From Terriglobia bacterium (GTDB lineage Bacteria; Acidobacteriota; Terriglobia; JAJPHL01), in NCBI GenBank assembly GCA_963747095.1, contig CAVVEL010000009.1, forward strand, positions 202,868 to 266,867: 64,000 nt of DNA, read 5' to 3'. Below are positions 22,006-32,420 of this stretch, one piece after another; within the stretch, counting starts at the first letter, position 1; every line of letters begins with the position of its first letter. Position numbers and translations under genes: made by a program. The notes under the pieces were generated by a model, which did not search any database, was not told the DNA's origin, and saw nothing but the letters and a program-made list of their open reading frames with translations.

Positions 22006-23502
22006 CTACGCCAGCGCCGGCGGATGTCTCTTGGAGAAACCGGTAGCCTGCTCGAAGGCGTGCGCGAGTTGCAGCACGCTCCACTCGTCTTGATGCCGCC
22101 CGACAATCTGTAATCCCACCGGCAGACCTTCTGAGGTAAATCCGCAGGGAACCGAGATCGCCGGCAGTCCGGTGATGGAAATGAAGTAGCAGGATTTCAT
22201 CCAGTCAATGTAAGTCTCCATCTTCACGCCGTTGATCTCCTTCACGTACGGTTCGGTAATATCGAACGGCGGCACTTGCGTCGTCGGCAAAATGAAGTAG
22301 GCATGCGCTTCGAAGAACAGCCGCATGCGCTCGAAGAGCGCGGTGTGCAACGCTTCGGCGCGGCTCAGTTCCAGCCCGCTGATGCGGGCGCCGCGCTCCA
22401 CTTCCCATATCACAGTGTCCTTCACCAGGTCGCGGTGGGACTTCACCAAATCCTGGTACTGCGCGGCGTAGAGCCAGCCGCGAAGCGTCTTGAAAGCTTC
22501 GTCGGCGCCCGAGAAATCGGGTTCGGCTTCCTCCACCACGCATCCGAGCGACTCGAAGGTTTTCCGCTGCGCATCCACGACTTCCCGCACGCGCGGATCA
22601 AATGGCACGCCGCCCAAATCCTTGGCCCACGCTACGCGAACGCCTTTGAAGGGGCGCTCCAGCGGCGCGGTAAATTTAGCGCCTGGCTCGCTGATGGCGA
22701 TCGGCGAGCGCGCATCGGGACCGGCAATCACGCTCAGCAATAACGCCAGGTCGGCGACGCTGCGGGCCATGGGGCCGTCCACGCTCAGCGTGGACCAGGC
22801 CATACTTTTCGGGTGCTTGGGGACGCGGCCTGGCGCGCTGCGCAGTCCCACCACGTTGCAGAACGCCGCGGGATTGCGCAACGATCCACCCATATCGCTG
22901 CCGTCGGCCAACGGGATCATGCCGCAAGCCAGCCCTACGGCCGCGCCGCCGGACGATCCGCCGCAGGTTTTCGTTGTGTCGTACGGATTATGCGTCGCGC
23001 CAAATACTTCGTTAAAGGTCTGCGAGCCCGCTCCGAACTCGGGCGTGTTGGTCTTGCCGATGGTGATGGCGCCGGCGTTGCGGATGCGCTCGACGATCAG
23101 GGCGTCGGCCGTGGGAACGTTGTCCTTGAAAATGCGCGAGCCGTAGGTGGTGCGAATGCCGCGTGTCTCGAGAAGATCCTTGTGGGCGATGGGCAAGCCG
23201 TGTAAGGGTCCCAGCCATTGGCCGGCGGCCAGCGATTCGTCGGCGAGACGCGCTTGCTCCCGGGCCTGCTCGGCCAGCAGTGTGACGATCGCGTTCACCT
23301 GGGGATTCCAGCGCGCGATCTGCGCGAGGTGCGCATCCAGCAGTTCACGCGCGGAAAGTGTTTTGGTTCGCAACAGCCGCGATTGTTCCAGCGCGGTCAG
23401 AAAGCACAATTCGGCGGCACGGTCTTGCGCTGCGTTGGATTTCAGCAATCCCGTGGCGGCCGCGCCCATCACTTTAGTGGCTTCGCGTCGAGTCATCACC
23501 AA
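22006..23502 (-). CDS. amidase signature family enzyme
   Basis: GLPIAHKD, GGSSGG and GSDMGGSLRNPA. Confidence 0.95.
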   Translation of the reverse strand: MVMTRREATKVMGAAATGLLKSNAAQDRAAELCFLTALEQSRLLRTKTLSARELLDAHLAQIARWNPQVNAIVTLLAEQAREQARLADESLAAGQWLGPLHGLPIAHKDLLETRGIRTTYGSRIFKDNVPTADALIVERIRNAGAITIGKTNTPEFGAGSQTFNEVFGATHNPYDTTKTCGGSSGGAAVGLACGMIPLADGSDMGGSLRNPAAFCNVVGLRSAPGRVPKHPKSMAWSTLSVDGPMARSVADLALLLSVIAGPDARSPIAISEPGAKFTAPLERPFKGVRVAWAKDLGGVPFDPRVREVVDAQRKTFESLGCVVEEAEPDFSGADEAFKTLRGWLYAAQYQDLVKSHRDLVKDTVIWEVERGARISGLELSRAEALHTALFERMRLFFEAHAYFILPTTQVPPFDITEPYVKEINGVKMETYIDWMKSCYFISITGLPAISVPCGFTSEGLPVGLQIVGRHQDEWSVLQLAHAFEQATGFSKRHPPALA

Positions 23503-23518
23503 CGAAGTCTAGCACAGG

Positions 23519-23583
23519 CCCATAACTCCCATAACTCGCATAACTCCCATACCTCCCGTTGGGAATTATGGGAATCATGGGAA
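23519..23583. repeat. hairpin element of 9-nt tandem units (CCCATAACT)
   Basis: CCCATAACT x3, then inverted GGGAATTATGGGAATCATGGG. Confidence 0.8.
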
Positions 23584-23594
23584 GAATGCAAAAC

Positions 23595-24752
23595 CTACTG
23601 CAACCAAATCTTCGGCGTCACCGACATTCCCGGCCGCAAACGGTGCTGCGGATCCTGGCCCGGCTTCAGCCGCAAACGCACCGGCACGCGCTGCACCACT
23701 TTCACGTAATTCCCGGAAGTATTTTCAGGCGGCAAAATGCTGAAGCGCGCCCCCGTGGCCGGAGAGATGCTTTCCACGTAGCCTTCGTATTCCTGATCGA
23801 AGGCGTCCACGCGAATGGTCGCCCGCTGATTCAGCTTCATGCGCTTCACTTGTGTCTCTTTGAAATTTGCGGTGATCCAGATATCTTCCACCGGAACCAC
23901 GGCCAGCAATTGCTGGCCGGGTTGCAGTTGCATTCCCACTTCCACCGCTTTGCGGCCCACTTGTCCGGTGACCGGTGAAACCAGCTTGGTATATTCCAGG
24001 TTCAACTTGGCTTGTTCCAGCGCGGCTTCCGCCGCTTTCACCGCGGCCTCCCGCGAGGACACGCCGGCTTGCTGCACGGCCACCTGTTCGGGCGCGTTGT
24101 GGCGGGCTTGCTCCAGCCGGCTGCGGCCTGCTTCCACAACCGCCTTCCGTTGCTCGATCGCCTTCTGGGCCGCCGCCAGGGTGGCGCGCGCGCTTTCCAC
24201 GGCCGCGGCGGAAAACTTGGCCGCGGCCAGGCGGGCGTCGTAGTCTTCGCGCGACACTTCTTCCTTGGCCACCAGCTTCTGATAGCGCGCCAGATCGGCC
24301 TGGTTGCGCGCGTTGGTCGCTTCCGCCTGCGACACGTTGGCCGCGCTGGCATCGTAGTCGCGCTGCGCCGCGGCCACTTCCGCATCGGCGCGAACCACTT
24401 CCGCGCCGCTGGTAGTGATGGCGGTTTGGGTGCTGGTTGCAGTCATCGGTACACCGGGAGCCGCGCCGCGCAACTGCGCCTGCGATTCCGCCAGTGCGGC
24501 TTCGGCCTGCTTCACGGCCACCAGAAAGTCGCGCGGGTCGAGATCCACCACTACTTGCCCCTGCTTCACTTGCGAATTCTCGTTGACGTAGACCGCCGCG
24601 ACGGTGCCCGCCACGCGCGCGCCGACCACGGCCATGGGTCCATCCACCTGGGCGTCGTCGGTGGATTCGAAAGTGTCCAGATACCGCCAGAGCAATAGTC
24701 CGCCGATGGTCAACACCACGATGGATACAACAACAATGATAGCGGTGCGCAT
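23595..24752 (-). CDS. HlyD/EmrA family membrane fusion protein
   Basis: ESTDDAQVDG, ANFKETQ and GNYVKVVQRVPV. Confidence 0.95.
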   Translation of the reverse strand: MRTAIIVVVSIVVLTIGGLLLWRYLDTFESTDDAQVDGPMAVVGARVAGTVAAVYVNENSQVKQGQVVVDLDPRDFLVAVKQAEAALAESQAQLRGAAPGVPMTATSTQTAITTSGAEVVRADAEVAAAQRDYDASAANVSQAEATNARNQADLARYQKLVAKEEVSREDYDARLAAAKFSAAAVESARATLAAAQKAIEQRKAVVEAGRSRLEQARHNAPEQVAVQQAGVSSREAAVKAAEAALEQAKLNLEYTKLVSPVTGQVGRKAVEVGMQLQPGQQLLAVVPVEDIWITANFKETQVKRMKLNQRATIRVDAFDQEYEGYVESISPATGARFSILPPENTSGNYVKVVQRVPVRLRLKPGQDPQHRLRPGMSVTPKIWLQ

Positions 24753-26164
24753 TATCGTTTCCCTTTCAGATATTCGATCACCGATTTGCCGGCGTCGCCG
24801 CGGGCCCGCGCGACCTGCGTCTTGGCAGCGTTAAACGAAAACAGGCTGGCTATATAGGACTCTTCAGCCGCCGCTACGGCTTGTTGCGCCTGCACGATTT
24901 CCAGGTTGTCGGTGACGCCGTTGGCAAAGCGGTCGCGCGATTGCTCCAATTGCTGGCGGGCCAGAGCCACGTTTCCCTTGGCCGCATCCACCAGGCGGTC
25001 GGCGGTGCGCACATCGAGCAAGGCGGCGCGGACCTCGGCGTCAATGCGGGCCCGGAGCGCGGCCAATTCCGACTTGCGACGCTGCAGGTCCGCGTCGGCG
25101 TCGGCCACGTCGGCCTGCACGCGTCCGCCCTGATAGATCGGGATGTTCACGCTTCCGGCCACGCCGAAGGTGCCATGCACTTCGTCGATCCGCGCGCCGA
25201 TGACGCCGTAGTTAGCGTCGAAACTTACGGTAGGCAGTTTGCCCGCCGCGGCCGACTGCTTGCGCAGCTCCGCCCCGCGCACTTCCGCTTGCTTGGCCAG
25301 ATAATCGGGCCGCTGGCGAAAAGCGAGATCCAACAGATTTTCGGGGCTGAATCCCGGCGGAACAGGATCGTAAGGCATGGGATCGGCCAGCGAAAACTTT
25401 TGTCCGGGAGGCAAGCCGATGGCGCGGGAGAGCGCGAGCTTTTGCTTTTCGAACTCACCCTCGTAGGAGATCAACCGTTGTTGCTGCTGTTTCCACTGCA
25501 CTTCCGCGCGAATCACGTCGATGGCCGGCGCCGTTCCGGCATCCTTGCGGTCGGCGGCCTGATGGTAAAGCGCTTCGGAAACCGCCACCTGCGCGCGCGA
25601 CGATTCGATGCGCGCCGCCCCAGACAACGCGTAGAGATAGAGCGACGTGGAAACCAACACCACTTCGTCGCGGGCGTCCTGATAATTGAATTGCGCGGCC
25701 TTCATGTCTTCCGCGCCGGCCTTGTACTTGCGCCACGATTTGAGATCCACGACCGGCGTGGATAAGAACGCTCGCGCGTCCACCACCGTGAAAGGTCCCA
25801 GGATCGGCGGCACGCCGGGAAAGGCGCTAAAGCCGAATGCCGCCAGGCTGGTTTGTTCCTCCGCAACCGATGGACGGACACTTAGGTTGGGCAGCAGATC
25901 AGCCAAAGTTTGCAGGCGTTGCGCGCGCGTCTGGCGGATGTCCAAATCGCCGGAGATCATTGCCAGGTTGTATTTCAAAGCGCGATCGATGGCGTCCAGA
26001 AAAGTCAGCGAGAAAGTGTCCGCGGTGGCTTCGCCGTTAGGAACGGCGCTGCGAAAGTCGGCCGAGGTGCGCACCTCGCCTTTCGGACCGCCCGATTGCG
26101 CCGAACAAGCGCCGGCCAGCACTACCAGAGCGATTGCGATTTTCCTATGGAATGCATGTTTCAA
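24752..26164 (-). CDS. TolC family outer membrane efflux protein
   Basis: Signal peptide, repeated helical OEP halves, NIPIYQGG; lies in the efflux operon. Confidence 0.9.
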   Translation of the reverse strand: MKHAFHRKIAIALVVLAGACSAQSGGPKGEVRTSADFRSAVPNGEATADTFSLTFLDAIDRALKYNLAMISGDLDIRQTRAQRLQTLADLLPNLSVRPSVAEEQTSLAAFGFSAFPGVPPILGPFTVVDARAFLSTPVVDLKSWRKYKAGAEDMKAAQFNYQDARDEVVLVSTSLYLYALSGAARIESSRAQVAVSEALYHQAADRKDAGTAPAIDVIRAEVQWKQQQQRLISYEGEFEKQKLALSRAIGLPPGQKFSLADPMPYDPVPPGFSPENLLDLAFRQRPDYLAKQAEVRGAELRKQSAAAGKLPTVSFDANYGVIGARIDEVHGTFGVAGSVNIPIYQGGRVQADVADADADLQRRKSELAALRARIDAEVRAALLDVRTADRLVDAAKGNVALARQQLEQSRDRFANGVTDNLEIVQAQQAVAAAEESYIASLFSFNAAKTQVARARGDAGKSVIEYLKGKR

Positions 26165-27738
26165 TGTAGCGATACCTCCTCACCCGGTCCATGATCGGGC
26201 CTTTTCATGATCAAAATCAGCGGGACGAGCGCGACAAACATGGCTGTCAGCAGCAGAAAAACGTCCACGAATGCCAGCATCGCGGCCTGCCGTTGCACCA
26301 TGCCGAACGCCATGGCCAGGGCCTGGCGTCCGGCGCGCCCCGGCCCCGACCCGAGGGTTAGCCACAAGGATTGCATCTGACGCAGCAGGCCCGTGGCGGC
26401 CGGATTGTACGCCGTGAAATGCTCGCCTAAACGGTTGACGTAGGCTTGCTGATAACGCGCGTTGAGCGTGGTGACCATGGCGATGCCCACGCTGCCGCCG
26501 ATGTTACGCGTAAGATTGAACAAGCTGGTGGCGTTGCCCATGCCTTCCTTGCTGATCAGGCTCATCGTAATGGTGGTCAGCGGGACGAACAGCAATCCCA
26601 GAGACATGCCCTGGACAAGCTGCGGCCAGAAGAAATCCCAATATCCGGCCTCCAGATTCAGACGCGAGAATTGAAACAGCGTGAACGAGCATAGCAATAC
26701 GCCGGCGGCCAGAAATTTCCGGGGATCCGATTTACGCATGGTCAGACCGACCAGCGGCATGGCGATCATCGAGCCGATGCCGCGCGGCGCCATGGCGATT
26801 CCCGCCTGCAACGCGGGGTATCCCAGCAGGAGCTGCAACCACAGCGGTACCAGAACCAAGCTTCCATAGAGACCGAATGCCACCACGGTCATCAGAAACG
26901 CGCCGGTGGCGTAGGTGCGCTCTTTGAAGACCCGCAGATCCACCACCGGATGCTCGGCGGTGAACTCGCGATACAGGAAGGCGGCGAAGGCCAGCACAGT
27001 GATCGCCACCAGCCAGCGGATGAGATTGGAGCCGAGCCAATCTTCCTGCTGTCCTTTGTCGAGCACCATTTGCAACGCGCCCACCCACACGGCCAACATG
27101 CCGATGCCCCAGTAGTCCACGCCGGTGCGCTCGCGCTGCCGCAAATAAGCAGGGTCGCGGATGAACGCCCTGGTCATCCAAATGGACGCGATCCCTACCG
27201 GAATGTTGATGTAGAACACCCAGCGCCAACTGTAACTATCCGTGAGCCAGCCGCCCAGCACGGGTCCAAGCACGGGTGCGACGACAATTCCCAGTCCCCA
27301 AAATCCCATAGCGCGTCCGCGCTCTTCGGGAGGAAACGCCTCCAGCAACACGGCCTGCGAGAGAGGCTGCAAACATCCGCCCGACGCGCCTTGCAGGATA
27401 CGGAAAAACACCAGCAAGCCCAGCGTGGGCGCGAGCCCGCAAAGAAACGACGAGGCCGTGAATCCGACCACCGAAGCCATCAGCAGATTCTTGCGTCCAA
27501 AGCGGCGCGAGAGCCATCCGGTGATGGGCAGCACGATGGCGTTAGCGACGAGATACGACGTCAGCGCCCAGGTGGCTTCCTCGGCGGTAGCGGAAAGGTC
27601 GCCGGCGATGTGCGGCAGCGAGACGTTCACCACGGTGGTGTCGAGCACCTCCATGAACGTCGCGGCCATCACCGCGGTGGCGATCAGCCAGGGGTTGATG
27701 TGCGGGAGGCCGTCTGGATCCAAACGCGTGTCAGCCAC
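26161..27738 (-). CDS. DHA2/EmrB family MFS efflux permease
   Basis: FMEVLDTTVVNVSLP, WRWVFYINIPVG, LDKGQQEDW. Confidence 0.96.
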   Translation of the reverse strand: MADTRLDPDGLPHINPWLIATAVMAATFMEVLDTTVVNVSLPHIAGDLSATAEEATWALTSYLVANAIVLPITGWLSRRFGRKNLLMASVVGFTASSFLCGLAPTLGLLVFFRILQGASGGCLQPLSQAVLLEAFPPEERGRAMGFWGLGIVVAPVLGPVLGGWLTDSYSWRWVFYINIPVGIASIWMTRAFIRDPAYLRQRERTGVDYWGIGMLAVWVGALQMVLDKGQQEDWLGSNLIRWLVAITVLAFAAFLYREFTAEHPVVDLRVFKERTYATGAFLMTVVAFGLYGSLVLVPLWLQLLLGYPALQAGIAMAPRGIGSMIAMPLVGLTMRKSDPRKFLAAGVLLCSFTLFQFSRLNLEAGYWDFFWPQLVQGMSLGLLFVPLTTITMSLISKEGMGNATSLFNLTRNIGGSVGIAMVTTLNARYQQAYVNRLGEHFTAYNPAATGLLRQMQSLWLTLGSGPGRAGRQALAMAFGMVQRQAAMLAFVDVFLLLTAMFVALVPLILIMKRPDHGPGEEVSLH

Positions 27739-28396
27739 GTTTGCGTCCTTCCGCGACGGGACTCAAACCGCTCCATAGCAAGTTCATGACGAGGTCCAGA
27801 TCCTCGCGCGCCGTGCTTTTCACGAATCCCATCAGGCGGCGCTCGATGACGCAACGGGTCAGGTCGAGAATTGCCAGCGCGGTGCGTTCGATCGGCAGTT
27901 TTTGGATCTCGCGACGAGCGATTCCCTCTTGCAGCACGGCCTCCAGTTGTTCTCCGGATCGCCGCACCGCGGCTTGGAATTGCTTGCTCTGCGCCGCCGG
28001 GCTGACTGCCAAATTGGAGAACTCCGCGAAGAAAATCCGCCAGAAGTTGGCGTGGCGTTCGGAATGTTCCAGGCGCACAGCCACGAACTCACGTAGCTTC
28101 TCGCGCGCGCCGCTGGCCGCGGCCACGCGGCGGCTGGCCTCCCGTTGCAGGTCGCGCACGTCCTGCATGAGGGCGGTGAGATAGATCTCCTCTTTGGATT
28201 TGAAATAAAGATAGAGCGTGCCTTTAGCGATGCCGGCCTGTTCCGCGATGTCGTCCACGGTGGAGCAGCGGTATCCGCGGCGGCCGAAGACCTTCCGCGC
28301 AGCCTCGACGATTCCCGTGCGGCGGAACTCGGCGACAACATCCTTCTTGGTCGGCCCTGCCGACGCAGGCCGCGCCGACTGCCCAGACTGAACCAT
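27731..28396 (-). CDS. TetR/AcrR family regulator
   Basis: DIAEQAGIAKGTLYLYFKSKEE helix-turn-helix. Confidence 0.95.
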   Translation of the reverse strand: MVQSGQSARPASAGPTKKDVVAEFRRTGIVEAARKVFGRRGYRCSTVDDIAEQAGIAKGTLYLYFKSKEEIYLTALMQDVRDLQREASRRVAAASGAREKLREFVAVRLEHSERHANFWRIFFAEFSNLAVSPAAQSKQFQAAVRRSGEQLEAVLQEGIARREIQKLPIERTALAILDLTRCVIERRLMGFVKSTAREDLDLVMNLLWSGLSPVAEGRKRG

Positions 28397-28415
28397 ACGG
28401 TCAGTATACTATACT
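28387..28415 (-). promoter_or_regulatory. putative TetR operator overlapping the -10 box and start codon
   Basis: Near-palindrome ACTGACCGTATGGTTCAGT spans the ATG; TAGTAT/TATACT lie immediately upstream. Confidence 0.55.
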
Positions 28416-28470
28416 ATGGGGTCAGCGCCCTCCCCATCTATAAGTGGTTATGACCGAGCCTCCTGGGCTA

Positions 28471-28584
28471 GTGGCGCGGGCATCCTTGCCGGCGCATTTT
28501 CGCACGCGGTCTAGCGTGAAAGAATGTTGACCTTAGCGCGAGCAATGGCTCGCGCCAAAGGGCCGGCAAGGATGCCCGCCCTAC
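28471..28584. repeat. GTAG-type REP doublet, family R5
   Basis: GTGGCGCGGGCATCCTTGCCGGC / GCCGGCAAGGATGCCCGCCCTAC; its GTAG supplies the TAG stop of the adjacent CDS; half copy near 60940-60958. Confidence 0.8.
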
Positions 28585-29780
28585 GGTGCTCTTCCGGGGA
28601 GCGTATCCCGATATTTGCTCCAGTGTTTTACCAACTCCGCGACCACCGCATTCCCCACGCGCCATGCCGACTCGAGCGCCGGAAGGTACGCCACATACTT
28701 GGCGATCTTGGTGCCGGCCAAACTTTCCGCCGCGGTCACGCCGGGCGGCGGCTGATCGAAGTTGCTGGCCGTGCGTAACACCAGCACGCGATTCACATTG
28801 ACGCGGCCGGCCTTCGCCAACCAAGTGAGCGATTGCAGCGTGCCGGAATCCTCCATCGCCGAAGTGACGAAATTGCCCTGGCCATCGGTGTGATACTTTA
28901 CCCAGTCGTTGGCCCATTGGTCCATCAGTTTGCCGTGCCAGAAGGTGCTGGCCGCCAGATGATCGCCTTTCAGCACGAACGGCGGACGATTGGCGTTCGG
29001 CATGTCCACGAATCGCGCACGCTCCTGGCTGAGAGCGTCGCTGTCCGGCAGCGCGATGTCCTTGGTTAGCGCGAAGGCCCAGTCCACTAACGTTGGATTC
29101 AAGTGATACACCTCGCCGGAGCCGGTGTCCGTGCGCGGCTGTTCGTAGGGAGTGGAGCGGCGTAGCGGCACGTAACCGGTATTCCAATCGGCGGGTTTTT
29201 CGCGCGCGTCGATTTCATGCGCCAGATCGCCGTCCACGACCCAGGTGGCCCAGGCCGCCGATCCCAACGTGGCGTCGGCGGGATCGATGCCGGCGATGCC
29301 GGCCACCAGCCAGTAAGCGTGACGCAGGTCGAAGCGCGGGTCCAGGCCCACGGCCATCACGCTGGCCGCCGCGCGCGCCGTGCCCACGCCGGTGACCATC
29401 CCCAGCACGCCGTCGCGATTCATCCGCAGATCGTGGTAGGCCTGCGGAAATGGGAATATGCGATCGAGGTGATCGCGCTCCACCCAGTATTGGAATTCGC
29501 CCGGCTCGTCGCCGGTGTCCGCGCCGCGTTCGAACATGGTTACGACTACGACTTTGATGGGGATGGGCCGTTTGGCCGCGGGCTGGGCTGGGAGGGCGGC
29601 CGTGAACGCGAGCGCGATCAGCAGGTTGTGAGCCGCGACAGTTATGGAGCGACGGAACGGTCGTAAGCGTTGAATGCTGGTCCGAAAACACGAGAACCTT
29701 GAGTACTCAGCGTTGCGGGTTTTCGTGGAGACTTTCAATATCCACCTGCGTTGCGTCGCTCCATTACTGTCGCGGCTCAT
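28581..29780 (-). CDS. purine nucleoside permease (NUP) family protein
   Basis: KVVVVTMFE, YWLVAGIAGIDP, SAMEDSG and LRTASNFD; the start is uncertain because it lies inside the R2 repeat. Confidence 0.85.
   Translation of the reverse strand: MSRDSNGATQRRWILKVSTKTRNAEYSRFSCFRTSIQRLRPFRRSITVAAHNLLIALAFTAALPAQPAAKRPIPIKVVVVTMFERGADTGDEPGEFQYWVERDHLDRIFPFPQAYHDLRMNRDGVLGMVTGVGTARAAASVMAVGLDPRFDLRHAYWLVAGIAGIDPADATLGSAAWATWVVDGDLAHEIDAREKPADWNTGYVPLRRSTPYEQPRTDTGSGEVYHLNPTLVDWAFALTKDIALPDSDALSQERARFVDMPNANRPPFVLKGDHLAASTFWHGKLMDQWANDWVKYHTDGQGNFVTSAMEDSGTLQSLTWLAKAGRVNVNRVLVLRTASNFDQPPPGVTAAESLAGTKIAKYVAYLPALESAWRVGNAVVAELVKHWSKYRDTLPGRAP
29629..29780. repeat. REP doublet (REPIN-like), family R2
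   Basis: TGAGCCGCGACAGTTATGGAGCGACG ... CGTCGCTCCATTACTGTCGCGGCTCA. Confidence 0.85.
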
Positions 29781-30564
29781 ATCGCTTCCGCAATTCCTCC
29801 GCGCCGTGGCGCAACAAAAGTGTGTCAATGCCTACCGCGATGAAGGTGCATCCCAACTCGATGTAACGCTTGGCCAGGCGCTCGTCAATCGCCAGGCTGC
29901 CCACCGGCTTGCCGGTGGCGCGGGCCCGCGTAATCGCGTCTTCAATCGCCGGCTGTCCTTCCGGCGCCATCGCCTTACCCAACATTCCTAGCGACGCCGT
30001 CAGGTCCGATGGTCCTACGAAAATGGCGTCCACGCCATCCACCGCGGCGATCGCTTCCAGGTTCGCAAGTCCTAACCGCGTTTCCACTTGCACCAGCAAA
30101 CACACTTGCGCGTCGGCCTGCTGCAAATAATTTTCGACGCGCCCCCAACGCGCCGCCCGCGACGTCGCTCCGCCAATCCCGCGAAAACCCGTGGGCAAGC
30201 CCTGCGCCGCCGCTGCCGGCGAGGGATAGCGCATGGAACGGGCCAGCAAGTCGGCCTGCTGTGCAGTCTCGACCATGGGGATCAGCAGCGTTTGCACGCC
30301 GATGTCCAGCAACTGTTTGATGATCGCCGCGTCACCGATGGGCGGGCGCACCACGGCCTCGGTGGGATAGGGCACCATGGCTTGCAGTTGCGTCAGGACT
30401 TCGCGCAGGGTGTTGGGAGAATGCTCGCCGTCGAGCATCATCCAGTCGAATCCCGTAGCGGCGCAGATTTCCGCGCACACCGGATCGGCCAAACCCGACC
30501 ACAGCCCAATCTGCAATTGCCGGCGCTGGATCGCCGCCTTGAAATTGTTTTTCGGAATTTCCAT
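29764..30564 (-). CDS. HpcH/HpaI family class II aldolase
   Basis: FDWMMLDGEHSPN, LVQVET and FVGPSDL. Confidence 0.93.
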   Translation of the reverse strand: MEIPKNNFKAAIQRRQLQIGLWSGLADPVCAEICAATGFDWMMLDGEHSPNTLREVLTQLQAMVPYPTEAVVRPPIGDAAIIKQLLDIGVQTLLIPMVETAQQADLLARSMRYPSPAAAAQGLPTGFRGIGGATSRAARWGRVENYLQQADAQVCLLVQVETRLGLANLEAIAAVDGVDAIFVGPSDLTASLGMLGKAMAPEGQPAIEDAITRARATGKPVGSLAIDERLAKRYIELGCTFIAVGIDTLLLRHGAEELRKRYEPRQ

Positions 30565-30766
30565 AGGGGTGCAGGCCCTTCGATGCCGCGGGAACCCTGC
30601 CATATGCAGTATAATCGCGATTTAGCGCTGGTTTGAACTTCGGCGCGATCCTGCAAGCCGGCCCACAACAGCGCCAGACCTACGACCAGCAGCTTCGCGA
30701 CGCTCGCCAGCCGGCCGCGCTTCGTCCCTCGCCAGTGGCCGCAGCCAACCCAAAGCAGGCGCTTTC

Positions 30767-30961
30767 TTAACATGGATGGACAGGATGCACAGGATGAACG
30801 AAAGCCCTCCTGCGATGGTCCATCCTATCCATCCTGTTCATCCATGTTAAAAATCTCCGCACCAGACAAAGAAACTCAGGGTTAGTAGTAATAGTACAGA
30901 TTTCAAAGCCGTTCATGTCTTCGTTCGAAAATCTGTGAAATCTGTGTAATCTGTGGATCGA
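30767..30961. repeat. two adjacent 9-nt-unit elements
   Basis: TTAACATGGATGGACAGGATGCACAGGATG / CATCCTATCCATCCTGTTCATCCATGTTAA (30767-30850), then an AATCTGTG x3 arm matching 54940-54970. Confidence 0.8.
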
Positions 30962-30971
30962 AGCCTTGGTG

Positions 30972-32372
30972 CTAATCTGTGGACCCGCCACGTGGACGAG
31001 TCTTCAGCACAATGGGCGTACCTTCAAAGCCGAACTGTCTGCGGATCTGATTCACCAGGAAACGCTCGAACGCGAAATGCAGCTTCCCCTTGCGGTTGGT
31101 GAAAACCACAAACGTGGGTGGATGCGTGTGGGCTTGGGTGAGATAGAGGACCTTGGCCTTCTTGCCAAAGGGCTGCGAGGCGCGTCCGAAATCGAGTGTT
31201 TCGAAAAACTTGTTCAACTCCGCGGTGGGAATTCGCCGGCCGCAGGATTTTCCGACCTCGGCAATCGTCTTGACCAGCTTGGTGACGTTGGTCCGCTCCT
31301 TGGCCGACATAAAGAGCACCGGCGCGTAGTCCAGAAACTTGAATTCGTCGCGGACTTGCTGCTCCAACTGGCCCTTTCTGTGGATGCGATCGTTGATGGC
31401 ATCCCATTTGTTGAGCGCCACGATCAATCCCTTGCCTTCTTCATGAGCGTATCCGGCGATGTGCGTGTCCAGCGCGGTGACGCCTTCGAGAGCATCGAGC
31501 ATCAGCACGGCCACGTCGCAAAGACGAATATGGCGTTGCGCCATCACCACGCTGAGCTTTTCGGCCATCAGCTTGGTCTTGCCGCGGCGGCGGATGCCGG
31601 CCGTATCCACGAAGCGGAAGCGCACGCCGTCGCGCTCCGCCAGCAGGTCCACGGCGTCGCGCGTGGTGCCGGGGATCGGTGTGACGATGGAACGTTCCTC
31701 GCCGGCCAGCGCGTTCAATAGCGTGGATTTTCCCACGTTCGGTTTGCCGATGATGGCCACGCGAATTTCCGGCTCTAACAGTGCGCTGGCTTCGCCGGCG
31801 GGGAAATCGGCAGTAATCTCGTCAAGGAGATCGTCCACGTTGTGACCGCTCTCGGCGGAGACGAACAGGATTCGCTCGATGCCCAAACTGTGCCAGTCGT
31901 GCATGGTGGTGGCGACCTCGGGAGAATCGGCCTTGTTGACGGCCAGCGTCAAAGGTTTTCCCAGGCGTTGCAGCATGGAGGCGAGTTCGCGGTCGGTGCC
32001 GGTGATTTCAGCGCGTCCGTCGGTCACAAAAACCACTTGCGCCGCTTCGTCCAGAGCCATGCGCGCTTGCTGGAAGATGTGCGCGGGGATAGTGTCTTCT
32101 TGTTCTTCTCCGGGCTGCAATCCGCCGGTATCCACCAGGCGGAAATTGCGCCCGCGCCATTCCCCTAAGCCGTAATTACGGTCGCGGGTGATCCCCGGTT
32201 CGTCGCCGACAATTGCCTGGCGGCTGCCGGTGATGCGATTGAACAGCGTGGATTTTCCGACGTTGGGCCGGCCGACGATGGCGACTAACGGAGCCGGCGC
32301 AGCGGCGGGCACGGCGTCGTTCTCCACGTTAGGGGTGTCACTGCGGCTGGCCAGATGTTTAGCGGACGGCAT
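30972..32372 (-). CDS. der: ribosome biogenesis GTPase Der
   Basis: Tandem G domains GRPNVGKSTLFN and GKPNVGKSTLLN; C-terminal FGFEGTPI. Confidence 0.98.
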   Translation of the reverse strand: MPSAKHLASRSDTPNVENDAVPAAAPAPLVAIVGRPNVGKSTLFNRITGSRQAIVGDEPGITRDRNYGLGEWRGRNFRLVDTGGLQPGEEQEDTIPAHIFQQARMALDEAAQVVFVTDGRAEITGTDRELASMLQRLGKPLTLAVNKADSPEVATTMHDWHSLGIERILFVSAESGHNVDDLLDEITADFPAGEASALLEPEIRVAIIGKPNVGKSTLLNALAGEERSIVTPIPGTTRDAVDLLAERDGVRFRFVDTAGIRRRGKTKLMAEKLSVVMAQRHIRLCDVAVLMLDALEGVTALDTHIAGYAHEEGKGLIVALNKWDAINDRIHRKGQLEQQVRDEFKFLDYAPVLFMSAKERTNVTKLVKTIAEVGKSCGRRIPTAELNKFFETLDFGRASQPFGKKAKVLYLTQAHTHPPTFVVFTNRKGKLHFAFERFLVNQIRRQFGFEGTPIVLKTRPRGGSTD

Positions 32373-32420
32373 GATATCCTGAATTCATTCGTGACTTCAT
32401 CTTATCAGGCGGAGCTCTCC

